A stretch of 58,780 nucleotides of DNA, filler included, from Sphacelaria rigidula (Eukaryota), in the NCBI GenBank assembly GCA_964200075.2. It is 8 parts of 8 records of this genome, joined end to end, with 100 filler letters (N's around TTAATTAATTAA, not from the genome) between each part and the next. Parts side by side here need not be neighbours in the genome. Positions count along the whole stretch, not along the records: positions 36,804 to 44,062 come from CAXNAA020015732.1; positions 44,163 to 51,421 come from CAXNAA020015733.1; 6 more parts are not named here. One strand, written 5' to 3'. Shown in pieces: positions 37,990 to 49,913 of this stretch (the first letter of the stretch is position 1; each line of letters starts with the position of its first letter). The notes under the pieces are model-generated. The model saw only the letters and a list, made by a program, of their open reading frames with translations. It had not been told where the DNA came from and did not search any database. Both the position numbers and the translations under genes were made by a program.

Positions 37990-38475
37990 TGTTGGAAATA
38001 TTGATGGCTGGTGGCGTTTGGTACTATTCTCGAAACAGACCGACTACTGTCGCGGAGACAGTAGTTTAGCAAAGGTTGCGCAGTGGTAGTCAAACCACTT
38101 GCTTCTGCAGCAGACAGAAAGTTCAAAGACAAAAATGGTGGTTGGGGCTCTTCACTTCGGCCGAACAAAATGAAAGCAGCCTCTTTTGCAAGCAGAGTGC
38201 TGAGGAAATGAAGAAGAGCTGGGTAAGCTTGGTAAGCTTGGGAGAGTGATTGCAAGGGCGAGAGGCCACCGAATACAACCATTCTTAATCCTGGAAGAAT
38301 CCAAAACTCTACACGTACGTAAGGGCTAATCGTATCATTCAATTCAACCTCGCTATTGCTGACGCGGTAGCCTTGCTAGGTTAGATTAACTGCAAAGTTG
38401 CACACAATATATCCTGTAGCTTACGTGGCCTAAATACTCTGCTAGAGTATCTTTCATTGACAAATCATGGCAACA
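37990..38475 (-). mobile_element. Copia 5' LTR (486 bp)
   Basis: TGTTG...CAACA termini, directly upstream of the PBS and gag. Confidence 0.7.
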
Positions 38476-38639
38476 CGCCTACTGTAGCAGTATCCTACCT
38501 GAACGTCATTCACACAGGTAGACTACAAATCAATACATTCGTTGTTTCCTTGAAACGCAACAGGTTGTACCGCTATCTTTTGTTGCAACAACTCTATTCA
38601 AACATAATGAATATAGAGTACATCGTCTAGATTTTTCCA

Positions 38640-41600
38640 ACACGACATTGGCGGCGGCATGTTGTTGGAGTTGCCGTCGGGCGATGCCGCGGAGATCGTC
38701 TCTGATCTCCGGAGGTATTGTGCTGTGGTAGTTGGACACGGTGGGTTCTTGAGGCTCGGGCAGCTCGAACTTGACGGCGCTGGAGCCCACGGAGCGAAGG
38801 CTGCGGTCAATGTCTAACAGCGCCAGGTTGCGGAGGTCGTCGTTCAGTTGTTTTTTGCTGTCCAACTGGCGTGCCTGGTGGAGGAAATCGGCGGCGAGTT
38901 CATCGCAGTGACGATTCCACAGCAGCAGGGGCTTCTGGACCTGACAGCACCGCAAGAGGGTAACAAAAAGCTGACGGAGGGCGGGAATGGACGTCTGCGA
39001 GATGATGGCGTCTTGTAGGCAGCGGTTCCACCCGTCATCATTCTGCAGCAGCAAACGGCGGCGGCAAGCCTCGTTTCAACGTCTCCATCATCCAACGTGC
39101 GCAGCGCTTGGAAAGATGTGGCCCCAGCAACGTGGCAGAGGAGGAGACGGATGTAGAACCTCTGTCCCGATGATGGATGGGTGGTGTTAACACACCCGAT
39201 CTGACCTGTCTACCGCCGGCGATCCTTCCATGCCTTGGTCTTGGTGTGCCAGGTGAAGTGCGCGGGGAAGTTGTTGTACAGTATTCGTCGTGTGGGGTCA
39301 TACGGCCCCACCCCCGCGTTCTTTGCCAAGTACGCCGTGAGAGTAGTGGGTCCGCCGTTCGCCAGCACTTGCTGCGCGGTAGCCGGTGTGAACATCACGC
39401 ACTGACCGTCTGGTTCATGTACAGCAAGATGTATAACTGACGGGTGACGGTCGGTCATGCCGAGGTCGAAGATACGCCAGGCCGCCTCGCATGATCCCAG
39501 ATATCGAGCGTCGTCATACGTCGTGATCTTGTCATCATCATCTCCCTCCTCAGTGACCCCGGTGATAGTGCGGTCACCCCCCTTGTAGACGTACTTATGG
39601 ATGTACTTGACGCTCTTCACCGAAGCGCAGAGCTCAACGTTGATGTGAGCGTTATACTTTAGGGTTAGAGCAGGGTTGTATGGAACCATCCACGTGTTGT
39701 CCACCCACCGGCCTGTGAGGAACACACCCTGCGGTCCCACCCGGTACGTTTTGGACCGGTTTCCATCTACATGGACAGAGACATCCAGTATGGAGTCATA
39801 AGGGGGCCGCCGCCGCCGGTACTCGGCGTACCCGTCTTCCGCCGCGGTAGTCCGCTCCGCGGGTTGTCGGGGGAATCGCTTTGAACACCGGCCGTCTTTC
39901 ATGCACGAAGAGCCGCAAGGACCATGGATGTTGGAAGAGGCGATGATGTGGAAAGGTCGCGGCTGCTGGCGGATGTCGGGTAACTCGGCGGAAATGTACT
40001 TGTCGTATTCATCCGGAGTTGGCTTGTCCTCCGGTGCGAATATGATCAACATGTGGGCATGGGGTAGACCGCGCTTCTGGAACTGGACAGATGTGACAGG
40101 TGCGACAAATAATGTGGCAGAGAGTGCAGGTAGAAATAAGTCATCAACGCGCGGCGTCGCCGGGTGCACAATCAACGGGGATCACACAGGACACGGATTG
40201 TCTGCGTGCGGGAGGGGGAGGGGGGGGGGGAATATTGGAGCTGAGGACAACTATTTCACTCGGAAAGTCTCGGGAGACGCACCTCGATCACTCTAAGCCA
40301 GGCGACGGCTCTGCCCCCAAGTACCCTTTCTTCAGGATATCATCTTCCAAAGCTCTCAGCTCCAGACGAAAAACGCGAGAGACGATGTCGGGGCGATCGC
40401 TTGGGTCCTGTCCTTCGAGCAATGCCTCTGTGATCTCCGGCCAGCCTGCAAGGAGTCACAGTAAACAGAAACGAAGGAACGGTGATGTAATCTGAGATCT
40501 TTTACCGAAGCCAACATCGTGTTAAAAATATTTCGAAGAATCCACCAGCCAATCAGGCACTCGGTCAATGTATTAAACTGATTAGCAAAAACAATGTAGT
40601 CAATAGTCAACAACCCATAAGCCCACCTGTCGATGACATGAAAAAACCAAGTGCTGAATCTGAGGGTACTCACTTGGGTTGCACGTAAAGGTAGCGAAGA
40701 CGTCCGGCTTCCCGAAGTGACAGACGATGGCCATGGCGTCAAGATAACGCTGCGCCATGTACCGGGGGCCACCGGTGAAACTGAGGGAGAGGACGGTGAC
40801 AGCCCGGCCAACATCGCTGGGGTGATTGCCTTGCTGCAGGGCGTCGCGGAGCTCTCGGCGCTCATTACCGCGAAGGGCTTCCTGGTTGTTCCGTTGGAAC
40901 TGCAATCTTTCGTGCTCAATCTGACATGCATAGTCAACTACCCACTGCTGGAATAGCCTGCCGCCGACGTGGAGCATGCTAGAGAGCGGTAGGGGAGGTG
41001 CGCCGATTGCGGCCCCCCGCTATTGTGTCCTGCACGTGAGACGGTATGCAGTAAATTCTCGCTTGGAGACCATACGCCGCGCACCGCCGGTGGCGCCGCC
41101 GCCTCGCGGACGTCTTTCCCCCGGCGCATTAACTTGCAGCGGACGCAGAGGGTCGTCGCTGTGCTGGGGGATCTCATTGTGGGACCCGCACTCACCCGTA
41201 GGGTTGAGGATGGGGTACGACAGGGCATCTACGGGGGGATGATTCTCGCAAATCCTCCTCAAAATACCTGGCAAGTCTTGGATGACAATGTCGCGAATGT
41301 AGTTGTGTCGGTCGTGAGCGTCGGGCATCACGGCGGCAACCTCACGTGGAGCGGCCGTCGCGTTGTAGCGCCGGGAATCCGGTGTTGGTTCGGCGCGCAA
41401 GAAGAGACGCCCCCCTGGTCCCACGGCACCGCCAGCCCGCTGCAGACTGTCTGACGCAGACAGGTACATTCTGGCATATCTGTGTTCACGAGAGATGACT
41501 ATCTGCACCATTTGCGCCGCGCGTTGGAGGTCACCCTCTCGAAGCTCCGAAACAGTGTTGAGGCGATACCCCAGTTGCTCGTCTTCGCTAGAGTAGAAGT

Positions 41601-42368
41601 AGATATGACTGTAGCGGGGGATGGGGTCTCGGCGCAGCAACTGTAGCTGGGGATGAAACTGCCCTTGTACAGCAAAAGTGTATGGACCGTTGATCTCGAA
41701 CCGGCAGGGTTCGCGGACTACAGGTCGGTGTTGTCCCATCGAGCAGCGGGAGGCGTGGGTTGTGTTACCGTTGTACCGAGGTGGAAGGTGCGTGATCCCC
41801 AACCAGCGTTGCCAATTCCCTGCGCGGCTCAGCGCGTACACCTGGCGTACTTGGCCACACCACCGCTGGACGGGCCGATGACCGGAGGGTAACATCACCA
41901 GAAACGGTAGCGGGCATCCTAGTTGCCTCTGTGACAGAAACCCTGATCGTCGCGTGGGAAGTTACCGTCATCGAAGCAGCTAACGGATGCTACCGGTCCC
42001 GCCCCTGATGCAACTAGCTGTTCTACCACCTCCCTCAACTAACGAACCTCGTCAGTAATCGAGGTGATCTTGGACACTAAACCCTCAGCGCTTGCCTCGG
42101 TGCCATCACGGTTGTTTACGATGGTGTCGACGCGGTCGCTGGTGCGGCCCATATTTTCGGTAATGTAGCCCACCTGATCGTCCAACTAATCAGTTTGTTG
42201 GATAGTAGCACGCGGCAAGCTTGTCACCATCCCACCGTCGAGGGCGAGCCATCCCGACGAAGCAGGACCGTTACTGTGTGTAGCCTTTCTGGTGACAAAA
42301 GCGGGCGCTGCGGCCCTTCGTTTCCAGTTGCCACCCATCCCCGCCGAAGCTCGTGCTGACGACGGCAT
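38640..42368 (-). mobile_element. Helitron Rep/Hel gene, decayed and truncated before the helicase
   Basis: Conserved motifs GPYTFAVQGQ, RRYN..EVAA, HP..DALSYPIL, GGRLFQQWVVD, SFTGGPRYM..YLDAMAIV..FGKPDVF.TFTCNP, EFQKRGLPHAHMLI (HUH), HINVELC.SVKSVKYIHKYVYKG, ARYLGSCEAAWRIF; frameshifts; GT-AG introns 40446-40673 and 40083-40282. Confidence 0.95.
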
Positions 42369-44177
42369 GTCGGTCAGAGCCGTGACGTAGCTGCAAATGA
42401 AACCCTTCAGAAAGCTCTCGGGACGCAGGGGCTACGGCAGCCACTCAAGATGCTGCTACTCGCTGATAGCCTCGACGCCCGTATCCCGTAACTCACACAC
42501 CTCGAGCTCACTCCACACCCCCCTACGCTTAGTCGTGCGTGCACTTGCCCTTGTATCTTGGCTACTTCCTACACACTGAGACTCCCGACTGACTCACGCA
42601 CACACTCAAAGTACATCTGTTCCCCAATGGCTTCAAGATGCGTCAACCGCAATCGACATGTGGGGAAATTCTATCTACTTCTGCACTTGAGATCGATTCT
42701 TTACAAACGCAGGATCGAACCTTTTTCGATCAAAACATGCGGTCGAAAGACACGAAGCGGCACTTGATTCCTATTCTACAGACCAGCAATGCTATGATAG
42801 GGGTTGCATGTTTCGTTTCTGGGTCTCTTTTTTGTAAGAGCCCAAATATATGGGGTTTACCGCTCAACCCAAATCTCCGGGGACCGGACATGGGGATGCA
42901 CGCAGGGGCTTTTTCGTGAATCGGCATTACTTTCCGTCTTCTTCAGTGAAAATGATGCCGATTCACAAAATGACCCAATACCCCGAGAAACGTTTTCGCT
43001 GAAAACGTGCAACCCCTATCGTATCATCACTCCACGCCAGATAACACCTGTTCACAGGACCATGCAAACTCCGTCCAACTCGTCCTCAGCTACCACCGCA
43101 ACCCTGCACCAGAGAGTACATGTTGAGGCCAGAGATCCACACGCTGCAACAGTTGGGTATGCTTCGCTTGTTGTTATTGTTGGCGAAAACTCGCGCATCG
43201 TCTTTCATGGCAGGGGTCAGCGACGACTTCGTGGTGCAGTGGGCAACCGAGTGGTGTTCACGCTCATGGACAGCGCAGGCAGTGCGAAGCTGCACGTTGC
43301 TCAAGTCCTTTCACGTCGCATTGTAAGCAGAGAGAACTGGTAGTCCTGGCCTGTTTGCACTGTACGTTGCCCACTTTGCTTTCATATCCTACTGTACGAA
43401 ACACGCACACACGCCCTCGAGAGACTGCTTGCAAGCAGTGCAGACAGACAGTACAGACTGCCTGTACTGTGCACCAGTGACCATGTATCGATTCACGATT
43501 TGCTTCGTCTTTTTTCGATCGAGAGCTTGAAAATTTCGCTTACACTCAACTCGAGAAAAGCGAGTGATTCTTGCTCAAATCGATTCCACCGCTCCCTTTT
43601 TTTTCGATCGAAGGACAAGGTGCGGAGACACGCTCTTAGCACATCACTTTTCGATTGAAAAAGTGCGATGGAAAACATATGTTCCGACCTGATGGGTCGT
43701 GATTTCAACCATCTTCGAAATAAGATACGATCGTTGAAATCGCGACCTATTAGAGCGGAGGTTTCCCTTTCCAACGCACGATTTCGACAGAGTAATGATG
43801 TGCTAAGACACGCCTTAAGGCCAGCGTCAGTGGGAGCCGTTCCAAATTTTATGCTCAAACATTTCAAACCCGTTTCTATCCTGTCACGATTCTGAACAGC
43901 GACCAAACCAGCATTAGAGAATGTCGACGCGGCGCGAAAGTACTAGTCCCATATGTGATACCCCAAGCTGTTAGGTATGTATCGGGGGGGGGGGGGGGGG
44001 GGGACACTCTTTTGTGAATTCGCATTGGCTCGTGGGATTGGAAAAACATTTGTTTAAAAACANNNNNNNNNNNNNNNNNNNNNNNNNNNNNNNNNNNNNN
44101 NNNNNNTTAATTAATTAANNNNNNNNNNNNNNNNNNNNNNNNNNNNNNNNNNNNNNNNNNNNCGCGGGGGGGGGGTG

Positions 44178-44199
<22 letters not shown>

Positions 44200-44214
<15 letters not shown>

Positions 44215-44705
44215 ACTCATGATCCTGCATACCGTACTCGTGGTCAGAAGATCATTGACCTTGCATCCCTACGAAGCCGGGACGGAGCGGGCCGAGTTTT
44301 CGCCAGACTCGGAGTCACCAAGCGCAAAGCGCCGTGATGTGTTTGGCGAGTCGCATGACGGATGAGCTGCGTCCTACCAAAATGTTTTGGCCTGAAGCGT
44401 ACTGATCATCTGCCATGTGGATGTGATGACAACGTACAATGAGTTGCCTTATTTCTGGTACCGCCACTCCCAGAGACAACCGCGGGTTACACACGCCGCC
44501 TCATGGGTGTATCACCATTCAAACATCACGTAGTACGATCACCCCATTTGCGCAGGGTTCGGGTTCTAAGATGATCTAGCTCGATCACCATCATGGTTGC
44601 CCCAAAAAACATGCAAACTAAAAACGGGAACCTGGTTGCCTAGCATACGCAGTGAGTGACTCGTTTCACCGCGTCGTTGCCCACCGACGCCAACCCTCAA
44701 TAGGG
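44200..44705 (-). mobile_element. LINE-derived family B element (~500 bp) ending in a long C-run
   Basis: Long G-run then TACTCATGATC...; colinear with 4545-5062. Confidence 0.8.
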
Positions 44706-45444
44706 GCGACGCCAAGGGGTGGGCCAGCTCCCGTATCCCATGCTGTTAAGATATGCGTACGGGACACGTTCCGTCTGTTTCCTTCATTTTTTTTAATGAT
44801 ACGTCTACGTCATCTGATGATGCAGCATACAGTATCCTACACCTCAGCATATCACTTACAAACATTCGACGCCAGTCTTCCAGTAAGACGTCATTTCGGT
44901 TCCGTTTTTTGTCCACAGCGGACTGCTCACTTGCTGACACTGTTGTGCTGCCTTCTGGACACGAAGTTCACAACTATCATCCAATCAAACTCCACAAGAT
45001 AGCCACACCAAAAGAATGCTCTGGATCCATGTGTTTTTATTCTCCTACTCACCACCGTCGCAGCACTGTTGCTGGGTGCAGACGCCGTTCTCGCACAGGA
45101 TGGCACCGGCATCGGGAATAGGAGGGGCGCCGACGCACGAGAAGCTCGAGCAAAACAACGAACAACACTGATCCACTGTACACTCGGCGCCGAAGCACGC
45201 AACGTTCGCAGCTCCGGCGACCGGTACGTACAGGTTCGGACAGGCAACCGAATCGCAGTATGCCGAAGGAGCTTCGAGTGGGGCCTGAGAAGAGGATCGA
45301 CAACGTGGCAGCGTGGACGATTGTCGGAAACAACGCGGAGACGAAGAAGTTTGGAGCTACTATACTAGGAGGGAATATTTTCTTGTTTCAATTGGCGGTA
45401 TCTTAGAGCCTGTCGTAGCACATGAGTTTTCGATCGAAAAAGTG

Positions 45445-45808
45445 CGCTGTGTGAGTGTTGTGTGTTGTCGTCCCATCTATTCTGGGTGCCGGTATACACC
45501 TTTCGGTATATGTGGGCGCACCAGACGGGGTTACACAGGAGTAAGGTCAACACATGAGCTTTTTCTTCTTTATTTGTTTTTAGTACTCCACCTTTCTTCT
45601 GCGGTGCTTGCCTTTATTTTTTTATCGCGAGAGGCAATCCCTTTTCCTCGTCGGCCGTCGAGTCGAATTTTGTGTACCCACGACGTAGTCGCTCTCCACT
45701 GTTGGGCAGTGTGTGACAAAATATCCCAGATCGCTCCGAGAATCGAACCCACGACCCAACCAACCATCAGAAGGTTTCAAGGTTACCAACTGAGCCACCG
45801 GGGCGACC
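45445..45808 (-). mobile_element. tRNA-derived SINE, best-preserved copy
   Basis: Head GGTCGCCCCGGTGGCTCAGTTGG (A box) and GGTTCGATTC (B box), then a body shared with 92-684 and a CA-rich tail. Confidence 0.82.
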
Positions 45809-46857
45809 GGTGGACAACAAAAATCCCGATCTGATAGGTCGTAATTTCAACCATCATCATTAATTTTGAAGATGGTTGAAATTATGGTCTATCAGATCGG
45901 GATTATGTTTTCCATCGCACGTTTTCGATCGAAAACTCATTTGCCAAGACAGGGCCAAAAGTGGCTGACTCGTCCATCATGGAAGATGTCAAGGGTGGAG
46001 TTTGCTCACCTCCGTCTCGGACGCTCTGCGGCTATACCGCGCCCCGCGAAGGCTCGTCCTCGAACCGTAATTGATTCCTGTGAATAAAAGGAACGTGCCC
46101 AAAGCGATCAGCGAGAGAAGAACGGCATGTGAGTGTGAACGCTATGTTACTGGATGTGAACTTATACAGGTTGGAGGTTGCGATATTTTTTTGTGAAGAC
46201 GCATTCGATCTGAATGATGCACGTTGTACGGTCAACACATAGTGCGGGGTCGAGTAACCGTGCATTGTATCCAGAAAGTTCCAATTCAGTCCCGGCGGGC
46301 GGTTGGACTCATGCCAAATGACCTCCGTACCGTTCTGTATGGAACATGGTAGGCACTGGATGGAGTACAGCACAGCTAAAGTGAGGTAGTATTTTTGCGT
46401 CTCGCTCTGCATGCCCTAAACGTGGTGTAAACAGGACATCCCTTGCGCAACACATTGATGGGCAGGACGAGCTGCGAGTTCCACCCTCGCGGGGAAACTC
46501 ATCCACCGACACTCAACAGTGTTTAGAGCACATCAGCAACACACGAGCTTGCTATTTATTTCGTACTTGGCGCCAAAGGGTATGGCACTCTAGCGGATAC
46601 CCTTTGCTTGGCACTATGTTGTTTGTGTTATTTAATGTGTGCAAGATTTCGTTGTATATCTTACGGAGGGGAACGACATTCATCACCTTTCGTGAACGTG
46701 CGTGAAGATGCAAGATGTTTTGCGATGCCATCTGCGAGCTACCATTTACACTTTGAGTCTAACCCTAGCTCTAAACCCAACGAAGGCAGATCGTCCACCC
46801 TGCGTTTCAGGAAACCAGGTGTAGTAGAGATATCTCAAACTCGATGTTTCTGGTATA

Positions 46858-47867
46858 CCGTAAGTTGCTCTGTGATCGCACAGGGCGTGAATTTCGCACA
46901 GGGGTCGTGAGAACGCACCCCTGTGCGATCAAAAACACGGTTTGAAATGATTCAAGTGCTTTTCCACACAGGGGGTGTTGTTTTCACACAGGGGTGCGAT
47001 CTCAAGGATGAAATGCGTTTCAGCTACCTTCCCGGCGCGAGGACGCTTGCGCGCGGATTGGTCTTTGGGGCGGACAGCCTGAGTTGCCACGATTTGTCTT
47101 TATTCCACTCGTCGTCGTGGGGCTTGTCTGGACTACGCACTGCGGTGTGGCAGTGCAGACACAAGAAACATACGGAGTGGTTTTCTTCTTCGATTTACAC
47201 AACTCCAGTTCTCGTCGTGCACCTTGGATGAAACCACCAAAGCCGAAACCTTTCACCAAACGCCAACACCGACGGAAAGAACGAAGTCCGAAAGCAAACG
47301 CGTACTGGCACTTAACCCTTAGACCGCGAGATTAATCTTCCTGGATCATGCATACTTTTTCACTTGAAATTGATGCCGATTCAACAGAATACTAACCTCG
47401 CGGTCTAGGGGTTAACGATATTTCTCGCAATCAATCTCGTCTCTCTCTTCGGCATTTCGTGTAACGGTATACCGGTACCACGACAACTACCGTAGGCTCG
47501 TGCGTGTGTACTTGCTTTGTTTTTCAGGCATCTTCAGACCTTGTTCCTACTGCAGTACTGTTGCAGCTTGTTCCTTTACACCGGCGAAGATTTATTCAGT
47601 ATCGCACATGGCGGGGTTATCGCACAGGGCGTGCGTTCAAAAACCCTGGTGTCATCGAAATGATTTTCTCAATATCGCACATGTCGTTGAGATGGCACAG
47701 GGGTGTGCGATGGAAAAGCAGCACCAAATGATTTAATTCGTTTTTCGCACACGGGGCGCGGTGTTCGCACAGGGGTCGTGAGAACGCACCCCTTCGCGAA
47801 AAAAAAACAAGTTCGAAAATATTTAAAAATCGATCACACCCCTGTGCGATCACAGAGCAACTTACGG
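46858..47867. mobile_element. Non-autonomous Tc1/mariner-pogo-type element
   Basis: 28-bp perfect TIR CCGTAAGTTGCTCTGTGATCGCACAGGG, TA on both flanks, subterminal GCACAGGGG repeats. Confidence 0.88.
47316..47411. mobile_element. 96-bp piggyBac-type MITE nested in the Tc1/mariner-type element
   Basis: TTAA|CCCTTAGACCGCGAG ... CTCGCGGTCTAGGGG|TTAA; decayed relatives near 50565-50668 and 50741-50847. Confidence 0.85.
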
Positions 47868-47981
47868 TACCCAAATAATAGCGAAGATCTGGATCTGATC
47901 TGACGTTTTTCCGAAATATATCGTGAAAAGTATACAGTATGATGTACAGTCAAATGCGAAGACTCGAGATCTCAACCTCAC

Positions 47982-48048
47982 CTTGTGCTTCGACACCGAT
48001 GGCAGCCGATGCGATAGTAGCAGTGAAGAAAACCGAGCTGATCTTCAT
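47982..48048 (-). CDS. First exon encoding a signal peptide (secreted protein, paralogue 1)
   Basis: MKISSVFFTATIASAAIGVEAQ-G before a GTGAGG donor, phase 1. Confidence 0.6.
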
Positions 48049-48616
48049 GATGCCCGTCGGATGCCTGTCGTCAGAGTGCCTAGGTTGGAGGGAGCAGAAG
48101 AAGGAAGATATGTAGATACAGTCACGTCGGCAAAAGACGGCGGCCGTGCGTGACGGCGTCTCTATTACAGCAGCTGCTTGTGACCTCAGGTCGACTGAAG
48201 CTGTAGAAGGAAATGTTGTGCGCGCTCTGATCGGTGCTGCTGCTGTTGCAGTTTGGCGAGAGTATGCTTCCTGGTTGCACAAGTGAGTTATCCGTTCCTG
48301 CACGACGGCGGAGATGGGAAGTGGTGATGGCGTGCAGAGAAAATTGGCTGTGGACTGTGATAGATGGGGGGCTGCGCGCAAATGGTGTTCGATGGCGGAC
48401 CCTCCTTCGACCAGTCATTACAGCACTTTGAATTACACGCATCTTCAGTTTTCTCGAAATTTCGGGGTCTCCGATTCCTTTCTGCACGTTTGTCCGCGTT
48501 GTTGTTCTGGCTTCTGTCGAAACGCGTGCGAGGGGTCGCCGTAATTGTTAATGAGTATTTCTCCGCATATTCTCATAGGGACCGGCCGTACGGACACGAT
48601 GTTCATTTTTGTTTTT

Positions 48617-48666
48617 GTGAATCGGCATCATTTTCACTCGAAGGAGTGAAAATGATGCCGATTCAC
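48617..48666. repeat. Perfect 23-bp stem palindrome of a dispersed repeat motif
   Basis: GTGAATCGGCATCATTTTCACTC-GAAG-GAGTGAAAATGATGCCGATTCAC; imperfect versions near 31749-31798, 42916-42967 and 50455-50508. Confidence 0.8.
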
Positions 48667-49846
48667 AAAGATTCACAAAGATTCACAAAACAAAAATTAG
48701 CGCTTTAGTTCCCAAACTACTGGCTGACTGATGTTGTGTGTTGGTGTGTTGGTGCTGATTGGAATTTCGTGAGCAGTCAATTATAGGACGCGTTTGTTGG
48801 GAGAAAACATATGTCGCTGTTCGCAAATGAATTCAGCCCGCGACGCTACGTTGAACATTTCTTGGACAACTGGATCGGGCGGCGAGAGTCTGCGTTTAGT
48901 TGCAGTGGTTTTGCGGTCTCGCCGATAGCCGTGTCCCCTGGTCACTTTAATACTTGAAAAACAAATATAGGTGTTGAACCGAAGACTCGGGGTGTATACA
49001 ACGCACACAGACAATCAGAGGGAACGAGTGCGTGCATATGCAGCACCCATGACCCGCCAATGGTATTCACTTCGTTCATACATTATCATCTATTTTTCTG
49101 ACAGGGTAATTTCGTGTGGAACAGTCTCGAAATTATTAGACACCTTTATTCGTGGTCCGTTATTATCACAACAACGCACAACCACGAATAAGTGTCGAAT
49201 GCGGATGTTAACGGGTGCTGGATGCTAGTACATCGTGCGCCAAAAGCAAGCCCCCAGTCGTCTTGTCACAGGCTACTTACTGCTAAAATCATTCCTAGCA
49301 ATATCATTTCTAGTGACCCCGTCCGTGGATTTTACAGAAATCAGAGTAAGAGTGAATACATGTGCGCAAAGAGACCTGAGGCCTCGGAATTGCGAGACTC
49401 CTGAAGCTGCTGTTATGTATACAGGTATTTTAAAGGTTTGGGTTTGCGATGGTTGAAGGAGGGTCCGCTGTCGAACACCACCCGTGCCCGGCCGCCCCCA
49501 TCTGTCACAGTCCGCAACCAGTTTTTCCCTGCATACCATCACCACTCCCCAGCTACCTCGTCGTGTAGAACAGAATACCTCAGACGTCGAATCAGGAAAT
49601 ATCGTCCTACAAAACCGCAACAGCAGCAGCACCGATCGGGCCTTGCACGAGATTTCCGTCGACAGCTGCTGTCGGCCTGCGACCGCAAGCACGTCCTGAA
49701 GATTCGATACGGTAACATACCTCGTTCGCCGTCTTTTACCGAGGTGAGGTTCTCCACTACATCTCTTCTATCGTCTGCTTCCTTCAACCCAGACACTCCG
49801 ACGACAACCCAGACACTCCGACGATAAGCATCCGACAAGCATCATC

Positions 49847-49913
49847 ATGAAGGCCAGCGCGTTTTTCTTCAGTGCTACCATCGCATCGGTTGTCATCGGT
49901 TTCGAAGCTCAAG
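49847..49913 (+). CDS. First exon encoding a signal peptide (secreted protein, paralogue 2)
   Basis: MKASAFFFSATIASVVIGFEAQ-G before a GTATGA donor; same 67-nt length and phase as 47982-48048. Confidence 0.6.

Noticed and set aside
45823-45903. 33-bp hairpin with G-U-compatible differences as a pre-miRNA
   Set aside because: The arm matches internal repeats of the element near 43685-43715, so it is more likely transposon-derived
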